Origin: the human T2T-CHM13v2.0 reference genome, Homo sapiens
NCBI RefSeq assembly: GCF_009914755.1
Contig: NC_060933.1
Length of the DNA: 64,000 nucleotides
Reading direction: 5' to 3' (one strand)
The position numbers and the translations under genes were made by a program. This document shows positions 1 to 14,359 of the stretch, in pieces (position 1 is the first letter of the stretch; each line of letters opens with the position of its first letter). The notes beneath the pieces are model-generated. The model saw only the letters and a program-made list of their open reading frames with translations, made no database searches and was not told the origin of the DNA.

Positions 1-166
1 GTAGCTGGGATTACAGGCGTGTACCACCATGCCCAGCTAATTTTCGTATTTTTAGTAGAGATGGGGTTTCACCAGCCCAGGCTGGTCTCGCACTCTTGAC
101 CTCAAGCGATCTGCTCGCCTTGGCCTCCCAAAGTGCTGGGATTACAGGTGTGAGCCACTGTGCCCA
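1..166 (-). mobile_element. Alu (truncated by window edge)
   Basis: gtagctgggattacagg...ctcccaaagtgctgggattacagg. Confidence 0.95.
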
Positions 167-681
167 GTCTAAATGATCTACTTCTAAGTTATAAGCCAAT
201 ATCTTCCCTACCTTAATATCATACTTTCATAAGTATATCTAAAATTCCTAGATGTAACAACAGAAATGCTATTGTAATCTTTCTTTTTTTGTACTGTACT
301 TTTATGGAGAACCCACTACCAGAAGAGTTAAATGTTTTTCAAGCCAATTGCTATTTACTTTTAATGATAATTACCAGAATCCACACACTGCCTTTTCTAG
401 TTTTAGAAAAAACAGGCCATTTTATTTCCGGGCAAAGCTCATGTACCCTCCTGGCTACCTTCCTCAAGAGAACTGTTGTGAAAACAGTTCCATCTTCCCT
501 CCCTGCTCCATCTTTTCTGAGCTTCCACTCTCTGACTCTACCCACTACTGTCCAGAGCAATACTTCAAGACAGAGTGCTGTGCCGATCTCTACTGTGGGA
601 CAGAATATCAACACGTGAGTACACAAAGTCAAACCTAATCTGAAACCCTTTAGTAGTAGTTCAGTGGAACTCAGGACTCAC

Positions 682-858
682 CTGTGTTTTTTCTTGAATA
701 AGGACTTTATCCGATGGAGAAACTGGATATGGTTTCAAGGGAGCCTTTATGGTGGTAAATATGAACTCTGTGTGGCTTTCAATAACACTATTCAGATATG
801 TTCCTTCAGACTTTGCTTTATAGTACACTGTGATTTCATCAGTTGGAACCAGATTGCA
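682..858 (-). CDS. IARS1: IARS1 exon 29 (CNLVPTDEITVYY...IQEKTQ), 177 nt
   Basis: tttcag|TGCAAT ... ACACAG|gtgagt; cumulative CDS 3177. Confidence 0.97.
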
Positions 859-1743
859 CTGAAAACACACACAGAAAAATTTAAAAGGGAAGTACATTCT
901 ATTAATCAGAACTGAAGGAAGGTACTGTTGAACAAGGGCTACAGATCCCATGCTGAATCATCACAGAAGGGCAGTCACCCTTCCCTCCCTGCTGGGTGAT
1001 CCGTAAGACTAACTGCACTCAGTACATGATTAACTTTGTGTCTTTTTCACCACTCTTTGGGGGATAGGGCATGTTTCTTTTCCTAGAACAATCAGTACCT
1101 CATGAATGTTGAAACCAAGAAATTACTTAGAACCCACTTACAAAGCTCTGAACTGATTCAGAGGTCACAAGCACCCACTCATCTGCTGGAACAGCCTCCT
1201 CAGACCTTGAACCGTCTGGGAAGAAAGATGTATGTTAGCTGTCACTGCCCTCTACAGGGCAAGAAATTCCTGATTCTCTCACTAGCAGGGGCTTTGCAGC
1301 CCCTCTGCGCTCCAGGATGAGCTCCCTGCATATTCCTCAGCTCTCTAATAAGGAAAAACTACCCAACTCTGTCCAAATCCGGGAATCTCCCCTAAGCTAG
1401 AAGCCTGTCTATGCTGACTGCACCTCTGCCCTTCTGCAAAGACACTATCAGCTCTGATTACCTTCTGCTCCAGTCACAGGGGATATTCTGTAGAAGCCCA
1501 ACGGAGCTAAAAAAAAGGATGGGAAAAGGCACAGGCTGGCTGAAAGCTACGACTTGGGAGTGAACACGTGGGGAGAGGAAGAGGAGTGACTTTTCTGCAG
1601 AATACATTCCAAATGGACTATGGATTAGTGATTGTTATGCATTGATCACTATGGTTTATATTACCTGCCTCTCCTATCTTCTCCAAACAACCAAAACAAA
1701 CAAAAAGCCAAAACAGTAGCTTATTCTTAACTGACAAACTAAC

Positions 1744-1839
1744 CTTTTTGCGAAGTTTCTGTATGCGATTGATGACTTCCCGAGCCATTCCTTCATCTAC
1801 CATTGACTGGTCAGGAGTGACATCTAAGAGGACCAAAGC
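1744..1839 (-). CDS. IARS1: IARS1 exon 28 (ALVLLDVTPDQSMVDEGMAREVINRIQKLRKK), 96 nt
   Basis: ccacag|GCTTTG ... AAAAAG|gttagt; cumulative 3000. Confidence 0.97.
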
Positions 1840-3486
1840 CTGTGGGAATGAACAGTGCACACCATGACAATCAAATAAGGAGAAACACTTCTTCCCAACT
1901 CAGCAAAATGTTATTTAAATCTGGAGAGTCTATAATGCAGCACTATTTTTTCACACAAATGAGCAAAAGCAATAAAATTAATCTAGTTTATCATTCAGGT
2001 ACTTCTTCATAATCAGCTAGTCCTCTGTCTCTGGAGAAAGGTGTGCAGGTTTTTGTTTCTTGTTTTTTTGTAGGGTGCTGCTCACAGGAGATGCCCTGGG
2101 ACCACCTCTTATCAGAGTCCCTCACATGACTCTGCTTTTTGGCCATCTAAGAAGTAATATCAACTCTTCTAATAAGTAAGATCAATAATCATGAAGCCCT
2201 TGGAGCAGCACAGCTTTTCAGGCCACAACAAGTGGATCAACGGCCTCAGCGCAGTCAACTCCAAGTGACTTTCCTATACCATGACCCCTGTGATCTTCAG
2301 GTTTGTCAGAACGACTCAAGACAAATTCTACAATGGACCACAAAACTTTCTGTGACTTAAACTGCCATATTTTTGCTAAGGTTAATGTTTCTATCTCATC
2401 TATTCTGAAGGTTGCTGATTATGATGTAGCAATAATGACACTATCGCTTCTGTTACACAGCATGTTGCAGAGTAAAATATACTCTACAAAAGACTTGTAC
2501 ATTAGGCATCATCTCATTTACCTTTGAGTAAACAGAGAAGTTAAGAAATGACTCACTTCATAAAGGCATCAGAGGTAGTGAAATGCATGATAAACTCAAA
2601 ATTCCAGTCAGTGCAGGGCCACTACAACATGTAAGCCATGTCAAGAAACTCAGAAGCATCACATGACACTTTTGTAAGGTGGACAACTTTTCAGGCCCCT
2701 AACATCTGCTGTAATGAGGAAGAACTGCCCACTGTCAGTGTTTAGAAACCTCCTCCCTGCCTTCTTTCCCAGCTACGATACCTCCGACTCCTTGCCACTG
2801 TCTTCCCACGTAGAGTTCTGTACACATCTAACTTAAGCGCCTGGGTAAAGGACTGAGGAGGTCGACCTTCCTTTCATGGAGGTGCTGCTCTACCTTCCCC
2901 TGCACATGGTATGCTAAGCACAGAGGGACCCCTGCAATATCCCCAAACCCACATGCGAGATCTTACAACTATGCTGACTGGGGATGTCTGGTCAGGACTG
3001 CAAAGAGATAGTCTCTTCTCCAATATGGCAAAAAATATTGATCCTGGAATCTAAAACAGTTTGTATATTCTCTTGAAAAGAGTGTTCCCTGACCACTTTT
3101 CACCCTACACCTATTTTTGGATAGGAGCCCTCTGTGTACTTATTTCTACCAGATAACTTATCAGGTAGAATACTAAGAACTGGCTTAATTTCAGGTGTCC
3201 TTGACTGACTCATTCCTTGAAGGGTTCATTTTTGTGCAACCCCACACTTGGGACAATGACTGACATGTAGAAATCACAAAATGCTTACTTATGTATTCAC
3301 TAAACAAATGCATATGTTAAGGGCATAATAATATATTAGTTTAATAAAGCCAATCTAAACCAAGTAACTGGTTTATTTTACCCTGAGACAAGCTGTCAAC
3401 ATTATCAGGAAAGGCACAGGCAAATACTTTCTCCTCTTATGCTCTCATCTCTTGGTAAAGAAATGTTCTAGGAAACAGAAAAATAC

Positions 3487-3599
3487 CTGAGCATCTGAGT
3501 GTGCTTCAAATTGCGCAGTCCCACCTGTGGCCTGATCAAAGGTGTACATGAGGCGGATGTCTTCATCGTGCAATTCATGGCCTTCCACAACAATGGTCC
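3487..3599 (-). CDS. IARS1: IARS1 exon 27 (TIVVEGHELHDEDIRLMYTF...HSDAQ), 113 nt
   Basis: ccatag|GGACCA ... GCTCAG|gtattt; cumulative 2904. Confidence 0.96.
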
Positions 3600-4288
3600 C
3601 TATGGAGAAGCAGCTACACTGTTAATCAGCTTCCCCTCCTCTTCAAGCTGCCCCACTACCCGTGTATTATGCCCCTTCTTGATTAAAATTTCACAATAAC
3701 AAAGCCACAGAGGCTTCAAGAGATCATTTCCCTCTGACTCATGTCATGGTTGTAGCCAAGACATGACAAACTTTCTTTAGATTACACTATGCTACCTTGA
3801 AGACAGTTAAGTCATCACCAGTATCTACTGTTTTATATAAACTCTCAGGTCCAAAGACATGACAAAGCTAAGGGAAGGCACCAAGAGGCAACAAATGCTC
3901 ACCATAAACACAGAGCAGCAGGATGTCATGAAGAAAATACAGTCTTTAAAGAGAAAGTGAACTTAGGTCCACTATTTGCTGGTTGTATGACATGGTGTTC
4001 TGCTACCTGCTGAGCAAGGTGTGGTGAGGCTAAAATGAGACGGGCAGTGTGTAGTACTGAGCATCATGCCTGTTCAGGGGAGGCAGAAATGTGAACAGCT
4101 GCTGATGTTAACACCCCCGCTGATAGGGAGGCCCACTGTTGTCACTGATGATGACCTTCTTGGGCTCTGAGCACCCGGGTGTCATTTTTATGTTTACTTT
4201 GTCTCTGTGTTCTGAAGATGATCTTGTTTTCCATCAGTGCAGAACAGTACGCTCAGAAACTAGGCTTTCAATTTCAAATAAGGTTTAG

Positions 4289-4603
<315 letters not shown>

Positions 4604-5159
4604 ATCTCAGGAATTTTTGATGCTTTGGCTATCTGGCGAACAATTTAGATTTGTGGCTTGAAGGCTCGTAACACTTTGTTATTTTAATATTTTGAGTTGA
4701 TTAGTAATTAGTAATAACTTGAGGTTTAGCTGCTGATGTCTTATGTTTTATTAATTCTATCTAAATATTTGGAGAATCTTAGGGACAGTTCCCCCATCTG
4801 ATTTATGAATCCTCAAATCTCTCTTCTCAAGACATCTCCTAGCTTATGATTTTCAACTTCAGAGGAAGCCGTAACAATAAACAGCTTGTGCCCCAGGATA
4901 GTTACAGGATGTCAGACAGCCACACTCAGACCATGTATGATTCTAATCATGGCAGAGCTGCAAATTTCTGGGCACCCTGAAATGCTCTGTATAGGGGTAG
5001 CAAGATGGGGCTGATTTCCCTTTCCTAATCCCATCATTTGGTTAGGTACCCCCACATGTTTTTATGTTACCCTACACCTTCCCTTTATAACACTTATCAA
5101 AACCATAATTATTTTCCCAAATCTTCAATGTCAGCAAGCACCATGAAAGTAAGGACAAA

Positions 5160-5358
5160 ATCACCCTAGGCTCCAGGGATCCTCCCACCTCAGCCTCCAG
5201 AGTAACTGGGATGGCAGGCACATACCACCACATCTGGCTAAGTGTGGTAGTATGTGCCTGTAGTGATCTCAAGTGATCTATCCAACTGGGCCTCCCAAAA
5301 TGCTGGGATTACAGATGTGAGCCGCTGGGATTACAGATGTGAGCCTCTGTGCCCAGCT
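5160..5358 (-). mobile_element. Degraded/rearranged Alu fragment
   Basis: gatcctcccacctcagcctcc, cctcccaaaatgctgggattaca. Confidence 0.8.
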
Positions 5359-5438
5359 ATTTTCTTTCTAAACTGTAAGAATTATTTATAATAAACATTT
5401 TTATCAACAGGAAAAAAAGTTTTACTTAAGAAAAGGAT

Positions 5439-5719
<281 letters not shown>

Positions 5720-5720
<1 letters not shown>

Positions 5721-5818
5721 AGAAAAGAGAAGAGAGAAGAGAGAAAAGAGAAGAGAGTAAGGAAAGGAAAGGAAAGGACAGGACACGACGGGACACGACA
5801 GGACAGGAAAGGAAAGGA
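5720..5818. repeat. Complex (AGAGA/GGAAA/GGACA)n purine-rich microsatellite
   Basis: Directly visible pentamer repeats. Confidence 0.9.
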
Positions 5819-5904
5819 TGTGATATTAAAAGTCAAACAGTAGCCTAAAAAGTATCCCTCAGACTCAGGACATAAATGGTGCCCTTGTCTGTGTAGACAC
5901 CTAC

Positions 5905-6079
5905 CAGTCTTCTGGAACTGCTCCAGCTCCTCACTGCTCAACTGCTTGATGGACGTCATCACTGCCTTAAAGGCTCCCTTCAGACGCTTCCCCAGGACCA
6001 TGTGATCTGGTTCTGCCCTTAGCCGAATGCCATACTTGTTTTTATCTGTAGACAGTGTAACTTTTCGAACATTGAGTTC
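5905..6079 (-). CDS. IARS1: IARS1 exon 26 (ELNVRKV...EQFQKT), 175 nt
   Basis: ctgtag|GAACTC ... AGACTG|gtaggt; cumulative 2791. Confidence 0.97.
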
Positions 6080-6107
6080 CTACAGTTAATGCACAAGAGG
6101 AAACAAA

Positions 6108-6562
6108 AATGAGAAATGAAAACATATGTTCACACAAAAATGTAGGTCCACAGCAGCATTATTCCTAACTGCCAGAAAGCAAGAACACTTCAAGTGTCCA
6201 TCAACTGTGAATGGATAAACAAAATGCAGCATACACATGCAATAGAGTATTTGGCAATATGAAGGACTGAAGCACTCATATGTGCTACAACATAAATTAA
6301 TGTGAAACATTATGCTAGGTGAAACACGCCAGACATAAAGATTACAAATTGTATGATTCCACTTATATGAAATGTCCAGAGAAGGCAAATCCAGAGATAG
6401 CAAATAGGTTCGTGGATGCCAGGAAATGGTCAGATATTGAGGGGAAAATGGTTTGTGAATGTTAATGAATACTGGCTTTCTTTCTGGGACGAGGAAAATG
6501 TTCTAAAACTATGGTGATAGTTGTACCATTCTATAAATATGCTTAAAAACCAGTGATTTGTA
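6108..6562 (+). mobile_element. Old L1 (L1M-type) 3' fragment
   Basis: gaaatgaaaacatatgttcacacaaa...tgtccatcaactgtgaatggataaacaaaatg, typical L1M 3'UTR. Confidence 0.8.
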
Positions 6563-6918
6563 TGGTAAGAAGAAAATGCTTGTTATGAAGATCTATCAAG
6601 ACAGTTGAGCATAACAGAAAAAGGACTCCAGACCCAGAAATATAAACCTCATCCCTCAGAGGTAACCTTTGTGCAAGCAATTGCAGAGTACCACAAGGTT
6701 AACTATTAACTAAGCAGAAGATCAGTTAAACAGAACACTTCATGCTTCAGTCATGCTACTGAGGATTACTGATGCGGCAGGGATGGTGATGGCACAGTAG
6801 CGGATGGGAAAATGAGAACAGCTTGAAGCAAATAATACGGAATGTTTAGTTTTGCCATTATATTTAGCTACATTAATTAATCTCATTTTAAGTGAAGTAG
6901 TTAATTTCAAAATTTTTC

Positions 6919-7180
6919 AGCTGGGTGTGGTGGCGCAAACTTGTAATCTTAGCACTTCGGGAGATCGAGGTGGGAGGATCACTTGAGCTCAGGAGTTAGA
7001 GACCAGCCCGGGCAACATGGCAAAACCCCATCTCTACAAAAGCCTGTACTACTATGCCTAATCTCCGCCACTTGGGAGGCTGAGGTGGGAGGATTGCCCG
7101 AGCCCAGGAGATGGAGGCTGTAGTGAGCCAAGATCACATCACTGCACTCCAGCCTGGGTGACAGAGCGAGACCCTGTCAC

Positions 7181-7206
<26 letters not shown>
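6919..7206 (+). mobile_element. Alu (AluJ-like) with poly-A tail
   Basis: ggaggatcacttgagctcaggag; A26 tail. Confidence 0.92.
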
Positions 7207-7211
<5 letters not shown>

Positions 7212-7797
7212 ATTTTATGCATAGCCACAGGTACTAATGTCAGAATTTAAAATCTAACTTTTGGTTTCTAATATTTCTCTGCAACTTTCAAGCAACTGAA
7301 AACCAAATATAGAAATTAACATTTTCTATAATAATGATTTTAAATATCACCTGTGAAAAGAATAAACAATGAAATTTTAAAAAATATTTGTTTTCTATCA
7401 TCACAAAGAAGATGAGGTAAAACATATGCGTTTTTAAAACATCATGGAATAAAGATGTTTTAAAATATCATGGAATAAAAATGTTTAGGAAGACAACTGA
7501 CACTATAAACTTTGACCCCAAAACTCCACTTCTGGAATCTATCCAATATCCATACACTGATATATGCATATATGTACACACAAAGCTTTTGTTTGTAATC
7601 AGAAACCTAAATGTCAAACAACGGGACAGTAATTAAATAAATTATGAAGCAGCCAGGAAGTGAGACTCCAGGGAGAAATGGGGTGGAGAGAGGCTCCCTA
7701 TGCTATTGCTTCGACTTTTTACATGCGAGGGTACTTGTCACTTGCATAATTTGGAGGAACAAAGTTTCTTTGGTAGTTATCAAAAAGTACTTCAGAA

Positions 7798-8120
7798 GGC
7801 CAGGCACAGTGGCTCATGCCTGTAATCCCAGCACTTTGGGAGGCCAAGGCGGGCAGATCACTTGAGGTCAGGAGTTTGAGACCAACCTGGCCAACATGAT
7901 GAAACCCCATTCTCTACTAAAAATACAAAAGTTAGCTGGGCATGGTGGCGGGTGCCTGTAATCCCAGCTACTCGGGAGGCTGAGACAGGAGAATCGCTTG
8001 AACCCAGGAGGTGGAGGTTGTGGTAAGGCACTACTGCACTCTAGCCTGGATGACAGAGTGAGAGACTCTGTCGAAAGAAAAGAAAGAAAAGTAAAGTAAG
8101 GGAAAAGGAAAAGGAAAGGA
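7798..8120 (+). mobile_element. Alu with GA-rich tail
   Basis: Dimer structure; tail (GAAA/GGAAAA/GGACA)n. Confidence 0.92.
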
Positions 8121-8385
8121 CAGGACAGAAAAGAACAGAACTTCAGGGAAGTGAATGAAGATGATAGATGATAGGTAAAGAAATTCATTGATCTTGAAAT
8201 ATTTTTAAAAGAATTACAACAAATTTATGTTGATTCCAAGCACAGTGTAAAATATGGATTATTACATTTGTTATGACTATACTAATAAAAATAAATTATA
8301 GAGTCAATATGTACTTTGAGGATTATTCATCAAAATAATGTTCTAAGTCTATCTGTACCAAAAACAGACAAATCATCTACCTTAC

Positions 8386-8469
8386 CTCAATGATATACTT
8401 CTCCAAAGACTTGATATCTTTAAGAGCTTCTGGATCTTGATGGATAACCACAATTTCTTTCAAAGGATA
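8386..8469 (-). CDS. IARS1: IARS1 exon 25 (YPLKEIVVIHQDPEALKDIKSLEKYIIE), 84 nt
   Basis: tcctag|TATCCT ... ATTGAG|gtaagg; cumulative 2616. Confidence 0.96.
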
Positions 8470-8714
8470 CTAGGAGGAAAAGGGAGGGGAAAGTTCACTC
8501 AGCAGCCAGTCCTCTAAAACTGCAGAAAAATGGAATATTAAATGTTTATTTGAATCTCAAGCTCTAGTCAGGCTGGACTAGTACTAAGTCATTCACACCC
8601 TCACTGCAGAAAAGGAAAAAGGCCATTGGTGGAAGCTCTCTATATTAAAAAAGCATTCCAAACACTTAATTAATTTAGGTCTGTGCCATGTAAAATAGAA
8701 GTAAAATTTCAAAC

Positions 8715-8817
8715 CTTTATGGGAATAGTTTTTCGGTCTCTGATCACTCTTCCAAGTTCAATCACAGACTGCATCTGAGATACTGCACTCTCTGTTTTCT
8801 TGTCAATCAATTCTTCT
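8715..8817 (-). CDS. IARS1: IARS1 exon 24 (EELIDKKTESAVSQMQSVIELGRVIRDRKTIPIK), 103 nt
   Basis: actcag|AGAAGA ... ATAAAG|gtttga; cumulative 2532. Confidence 0.96.
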
Positions 8818-9240
8818 CTGAGTGGTAGAGGTAGGAATATGAAAGAGTTTAGATTTAAGAGGAGAAAATTGAAGGCACTAGGCATGCATAAGCGAGGAAG
8901 AGGGTCAGGCTAGAGAAGTGTGGCTAGGCCCTCCTGGTGAAGCACTGGGGAAGGGCAGCGCAGTGCCTACCACTCAGCACCCGGCATCTCCCCAAGGAGC
9001 CCCCATGGGGCATGCCCACACCCCACCTGCCACAGCTCTACAAAGGGGTTCCACACCAAGCATCCTTGCTACCGTGTACCAAAGTGGGCCCCATCCTGCA
9101 GCCTGAGGAGTTCATGTCAGCTGGGGCGGGAGGCAAGGCACAGATGGAGCTGGAGCAGGGAAATCCCTCCTCTTCCCCACATGCTTGAGCAACTCTCCCC
9201 TCCTTGGCACAGGTGAGGCTTATTTCTATTTGAGTCCTAC

Positions 9241-9362
9241 CGAACACGGGGCAGCATGAGGTAGTGAATGCTGAGTGTGTCCTTGTCCTGAACAGAAACA
9301 GGGTCAATCAGCACCTTTAGATTCTGGTACATCAATTCAGTGAGAAAAGGTGTGTAGGGAGC
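9241..9362 (-). CDS. IARS1: IARS1 exon 23 (APYTPFLTELMYQNL...MLPRV), 122 nt
   Basis: atacag|GCTCCC ... TGTTCG|gtagga; cumulative 2429. Confidence 0.96.
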
Positions 9363-10335
9363 CTGTATGAAGACACAGGACATCATGTCAGTTATATGCA
9401 GTCATCAACAACTGATCTCATTTATACTGAGAAACAACTAAACATGTTAGAGAATGACACAGTAATAGGCACCAAAATGAGCATGAGGTTACAAAACATG
9501 CCCTGTGAATGAGAAATGGCCTCATATCCCTGAAGCATAGCTGCAGGACTGTAGATAGAAAAACCCAAAGCACCTCTAGAATTCTGAAGGATGTCTAAAA
9601 TAGAAACAGGAGCACCTAATGATGTATCAGCCAAGTCAATATGCACAGAAGACTGACTGTCCCACACCTCAGAAACCTCATCTGTAAACTGGGGAAAATA
9701 CCCCCTGCTTCACAGGATGGAGGTGATGAGATCAGGCATGGAGAGCACCAGGCACAGCACCTTGTACAAAGCAGATTTTCCTTCGGTTAAGGAATAAATA
9801 GGAGCCTTATAACATATGGAGTAAAGGAAACAGGATAAAAAGAATTAAAGTTGGAGCCGTTCCACTTTTATATTATTTAACTAATATCTGAACTGATAAG
9901 AACATATATCAAACAATTACTTGCACGTTTTCCTCTCAATGCTAAGTTAAAGTATTTTTTGTGATATATATATATTTACTCAGACAGGTATTAGCTGAAG
10001 AACCTCCCCCATTACTCACAATTATGGCAATCCACATTAAGATGAGGTATGTCTTACTTTGAACTGTAGATCCTCATTCTAGAGCCAAGGGCCCTGACAT
10101 ATATTGTACTGCCAGAGACTGTAAGAAAGAATCTAGTATTTCTTAGTCCTTACTTAACATGTATAAGCTAACAAGATTTCTGATAAGGAACTAGAGCTAT
10201 AAGGTGTTATAAAACTTCTATATCTATTTTTGGCAGAATAATACAGAATGGATATAAATGGAGGATGCTGCAGCAAGTAGGTGCTGAAGGCAGCCCATAG
10301 GCCAAAGGGTACTAGAAAGAAGCCAATCATCTTAC

Positions 10336-10413
10336 CATAAGTCTGCAAAGAGAAAGCAGAACACTAAACAAGGTTTCTAGGGCCATGACACAATCCTCCA
10401 TCCCATTTTCACC
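10336..10413 (-). CDS. IARS1: IARS1 exon 22 (GENGMEDCVMALETLFSVLLSLCRLM), 78 nt
   Basis: cattag|GGTGAA ... CTTATG|gtaaga; cumulative 2307. Confidence 0.96.
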
Positions 10414-11002
10414 CTAATGAGTAAAAAGGAAACATAAACATTAAACTGTTAAATAAGTGTTTATCATTAAAAAAATAAGTTTATTAAAAAGAGGCAATCT
10501 TCAAAGAACATGCAGCATACAGACAAGACATGAGACAGAGAAAGGAGAAAGGGCCACGACCACAGGCCATCCACGGTCAGTGCCACCAGGGTGGCCCTTC
10601 AGGGCAGTGCAGGAGGCCTGGCCAGGATGTGCACCTGCTGTCCCACTGACTATCCCCACCTGAGGCGAGCTGACAGGGAAGTAGAGCCTAACTGTAGGAC
10701 CCGAAGGCTGAAGGTAGAATGGATCTACCCACAACAGACAAAAACAGTTGCTAACCAAAAACTTTAAAGTACCTTTAAATAAGATTTATGTTAAAAAAGT
10801 ATATAATGTGTATTAAAAAAAATACCAATTCATTGAAATTTTTTCATTATCTTTGTTTTTCCTACAATCATAATTAATTTATCCAGAGACAACTACTGTA
10901 AGCATCTTAGCATATGTCCTTCTAGATACGTGTGTGTGAGATACATCTGCACAAAAATGAAATTACAGTTGTGTTGCAGGCTTTTATTATTAATGCCTTT
11001 TA

Positions 11003-11333
<331 letters not shown>

Positions 11334-11890
11334 CTAATGGGTAGTGGGAGCCTTCATTGGGCCTGCAGTAAAGAGACCTCGCTCTCTCTATTAAGCATCA
11401 TTGTTATTTATGTACCTGGCTTAAGTCCTGAGACCAGGACCTATGCTCTGCTCATCCTAAACCCCCAACAGCTACAGAGGAGTTCTGTCCACAGTAAATA
11501 ATATCTGACTCCCTTGTGGTAGAAGGAAGTACCCCTCTCAATATTAATGCCATATCTACCAGTATTTTTATAAAATATTTGCATGATTTTATTTTGAATT
11601 TTAAGAGGTCTGCTCAGTGTAGTCCTGTTTGTGCCTTGACATTCTCCCTCCAATATGACATGTACATAATTGTGTTGTGAAAATAATGCAAAATGACTTT
11701 TAGAACTTATAGATCCCTATCCCTCAAATGACAAATATAGTTAAAATGCAATGTAAAAGGAAAAGAAAAACAAAGCTTCAAAAACGGAGAGCAACTGAAA
11801 ATGTTCCTCTCCCTTCTGGCTATTCTCATATTTCTTCTACTTTCAAACTTCATACACTTTTTGCTTTTCCCAACAGCAGTCTGCACTTAC

Positions 11891-11982
11891 CTTTAATCTT
11901 CTGCGGTTCATTCTAACATACCAATTGGTCAGAATATCTACAAACTTGACCAGGCGAGGCACCACAGTATAAAGCCTATAAG
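11891..11982 (-). CDS. IARS1: IARS1 exon 21 (YRLYTVVPRLVKFVDILTNWYVRMNRRRLK; anticodon-binding domain), 92 nt
   Basis: ttttag|CTTATA ... TTAAAG|gtaagt; cumulative 2229. Confidence 0.97.
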
Positions 11983-12429
11983 CTAAAAGTAAGACAAGTC
12001 AATCAGGCAGCAAGTGGGTTACCAGGCATCTGGGGTGGGGAGAGGGTTGGATACAACAAAGAAGGGGCAGCTCCTTCCATCCAAGTGCCTCCACTTACTA
12101 AGGAGAAAAGAACCAAAATGAATCAATCACATAATGACTGTTTGTTGAGGATGTGCTACATGGCAGTCAGAGTGTTTAGGGGTGCACACAAAAAAATCAC
12201 CATGTGAGCCACATGCGAATTCCCATTGGTCAGTGAGAAAAGCCAAAAACTCCAGTATGTGTGGATCAAAGTCCAAGACTGCCCACTACACAACTGTAGG
12301 AAGTGCCATTTACACGGAGCTGTGCAATTTGACAGCATCAACAATGCCCAACTTCTTTCCATTGTATTACACTGTACTTCAACTAAAAGACAAAAAGCAC
12401 AATTCAGATGCTAAGAGGCACAGCATAGG

Positions 12430-12646
12430 CCAGTGATTCTCAAACAAAAGCAATTTTATCCCATGGGAAACATTTGTCAACGTTTGGAGAAACATTTTGC
12501 TTGTCACAACTTGGAGGGTAGCACGGTGCTACTGGAATCTAATGGGTAGACCCAGAGATGCTGCTCAGTTATAAAGCACAGCACAGCCCCACCACAGAGG
12601 ATGACCTGGCCCAAACTGCCCATAGTGCTGCAGTTAAGAAACTCTG
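12430..12646 (+). mobile_element. MER20 (hAT-Charlie) DNA transposon
   Basis: cagtgattctcaa...ttgtcacaacttgg...tgctactggaatctaatgggtagacccagagatgctgct...ttaagaaactctg. Confidence 0.8.
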
Positions 12647-14359
12647 GCACAGGCTATGAATAAAATAGAACTGGCCTTCTAAACATTAAAACAGTCGAGT
12701 AAAAACAGCATCAGAGGTAGTGAAGGTCTTGAGGAATTAGGAGGATTTGAAGAGTTCCCTGAGAAACTCAGAGATCAAGTAGGAAAGAAAGGGTGTTTAG
12801 CCAATTGTCTGAGGCAAGGCTTATTTTAAGGATTCTCATTCACCTCCCATTTAATTAATACTCTTTGTTACATAAAAACAAACACAAAAAACAAAAAGAA
12901 TAAGACCGATACTTAGAAACAAATACAATTTATAATAATGAAAAGAGTCCAGGGACTGTTAATGAGGCTTCTGGTCTAAGCTAAGAGACGAGAAGTTGCA
13001 ACCGGCAGAGCTGCTCTCTGCTGCTTTTCACAAAGACCAGAACTCAGATGTCAGTGGGCTGAGCCCCAGGCCAGAGTCGTTAGCTGGTCACACTTTCTTA
13101 GACATGTGATTTCAGTAACTGAGACCTGTCTAAATGATTTCTAGGGTTCACGGCACTTTTTACCTTCCAGGAAGCTCAGGTTTTCTATGTTCTGGTTTCA
13201 ACTCTGAGGGAGTAAATGAACCCAAATAGAACTCCACATACAATGGATAAACATACAACACACAGGGGCAGCAGCAGCAGCCACTACCCAGGCCACCACC
13301 ACCCTGTGAGGCAGGTCCTCTCATACCCACAGTGCTCCTGAGGGAGTGGAGGACATGAAGCTGACAGGCCGGCAGAACCGGGACTTAAACACGGCCCACA
13401 AAACGTGGCTGCCGATCTCCAGTTTCCAGGCAGACCAGGCTCCAGCCAGAATGCGCATCTCCAGACCCAGCTTCACAGGAGGTCATGGCAGCTGGTGCCC
13501 AAATATTGAAGGGGGTCCGGGCAACAATCCCCACGTTTCCCACCCACTTGTATCACTCAGGAGGGAAAAGCAGACACAGGTGTGAGCATGTCTGGGGAGT
13601 GTGCTGGGCTCCCAGTGCTGCCCTCGCCAGGGCAGCACTCAGCCTCACACTCACTTCCATCTTCATCTGTGTCTATCTGAGCAACAGCTGGACTGTCGTG
13701 ATCCTTCTACATGTTTAACAAGGTGGACAAATCCTGTAGCAGTCCTTCTGTGCTAAATGGGGCAGCAGCGCCTACTCCAGGGAGCAGCATGTGCCCGTAT
13801 CTAGGCTAATGGTGAATCCCAGGTCTGTGGCGGCCGCTGCTCCTGCCCAACAGCAGCAGGAACCGCAGAGCCCTGTGAGGGTGGATTTGCCTTGCCCTCT
13901 TTTGCCCTCACTGTGACCCAGGGCCTCTGTCCACCCACTTTAACTGACTGTCTGAGGTGTCCCAGATTTCTCACCTGGACCTACAGTTGTGATTATCTCA
14001 AACCTTAAGGAAGCCAACATAATGTACTTTTTGAATCTCTGTAAAATTACCCAACGAACTCACTGTTGTTAGTTAATAGAAATAACAGCAAAATGTCCAT
14101 TTCATTATTGCTCTTCTGACTTTTCTAATTTTTCTGGAAAAGAAGGGGACTATTTAGTAATGAAAATAGAACTAAAAATAAGTTATAAATGCATTAATAA
14201 CAAGTATTATTTATTGAGTACCTATCATCTGCCAGCTACTTTATGTAAATCGTCTCTACTTAAGCCTTACAAACACTACTGGGCATTCTGCAGATAAAGA
14301 AACTGAAGGTCAAGATAGGCTGAATAAGAGTGGCATCTGATGGCACAATGGGGTGATTT

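Noticed and set aside
13240-13960. GC-richer intronic patch with short ORFs and a loose CTCF-like string (cagcgcctactccagg)
   Set aside because: Not CpG-dense enough for an island, the motif has several core mismatches, and the IARS1 frame is complete without an exon here
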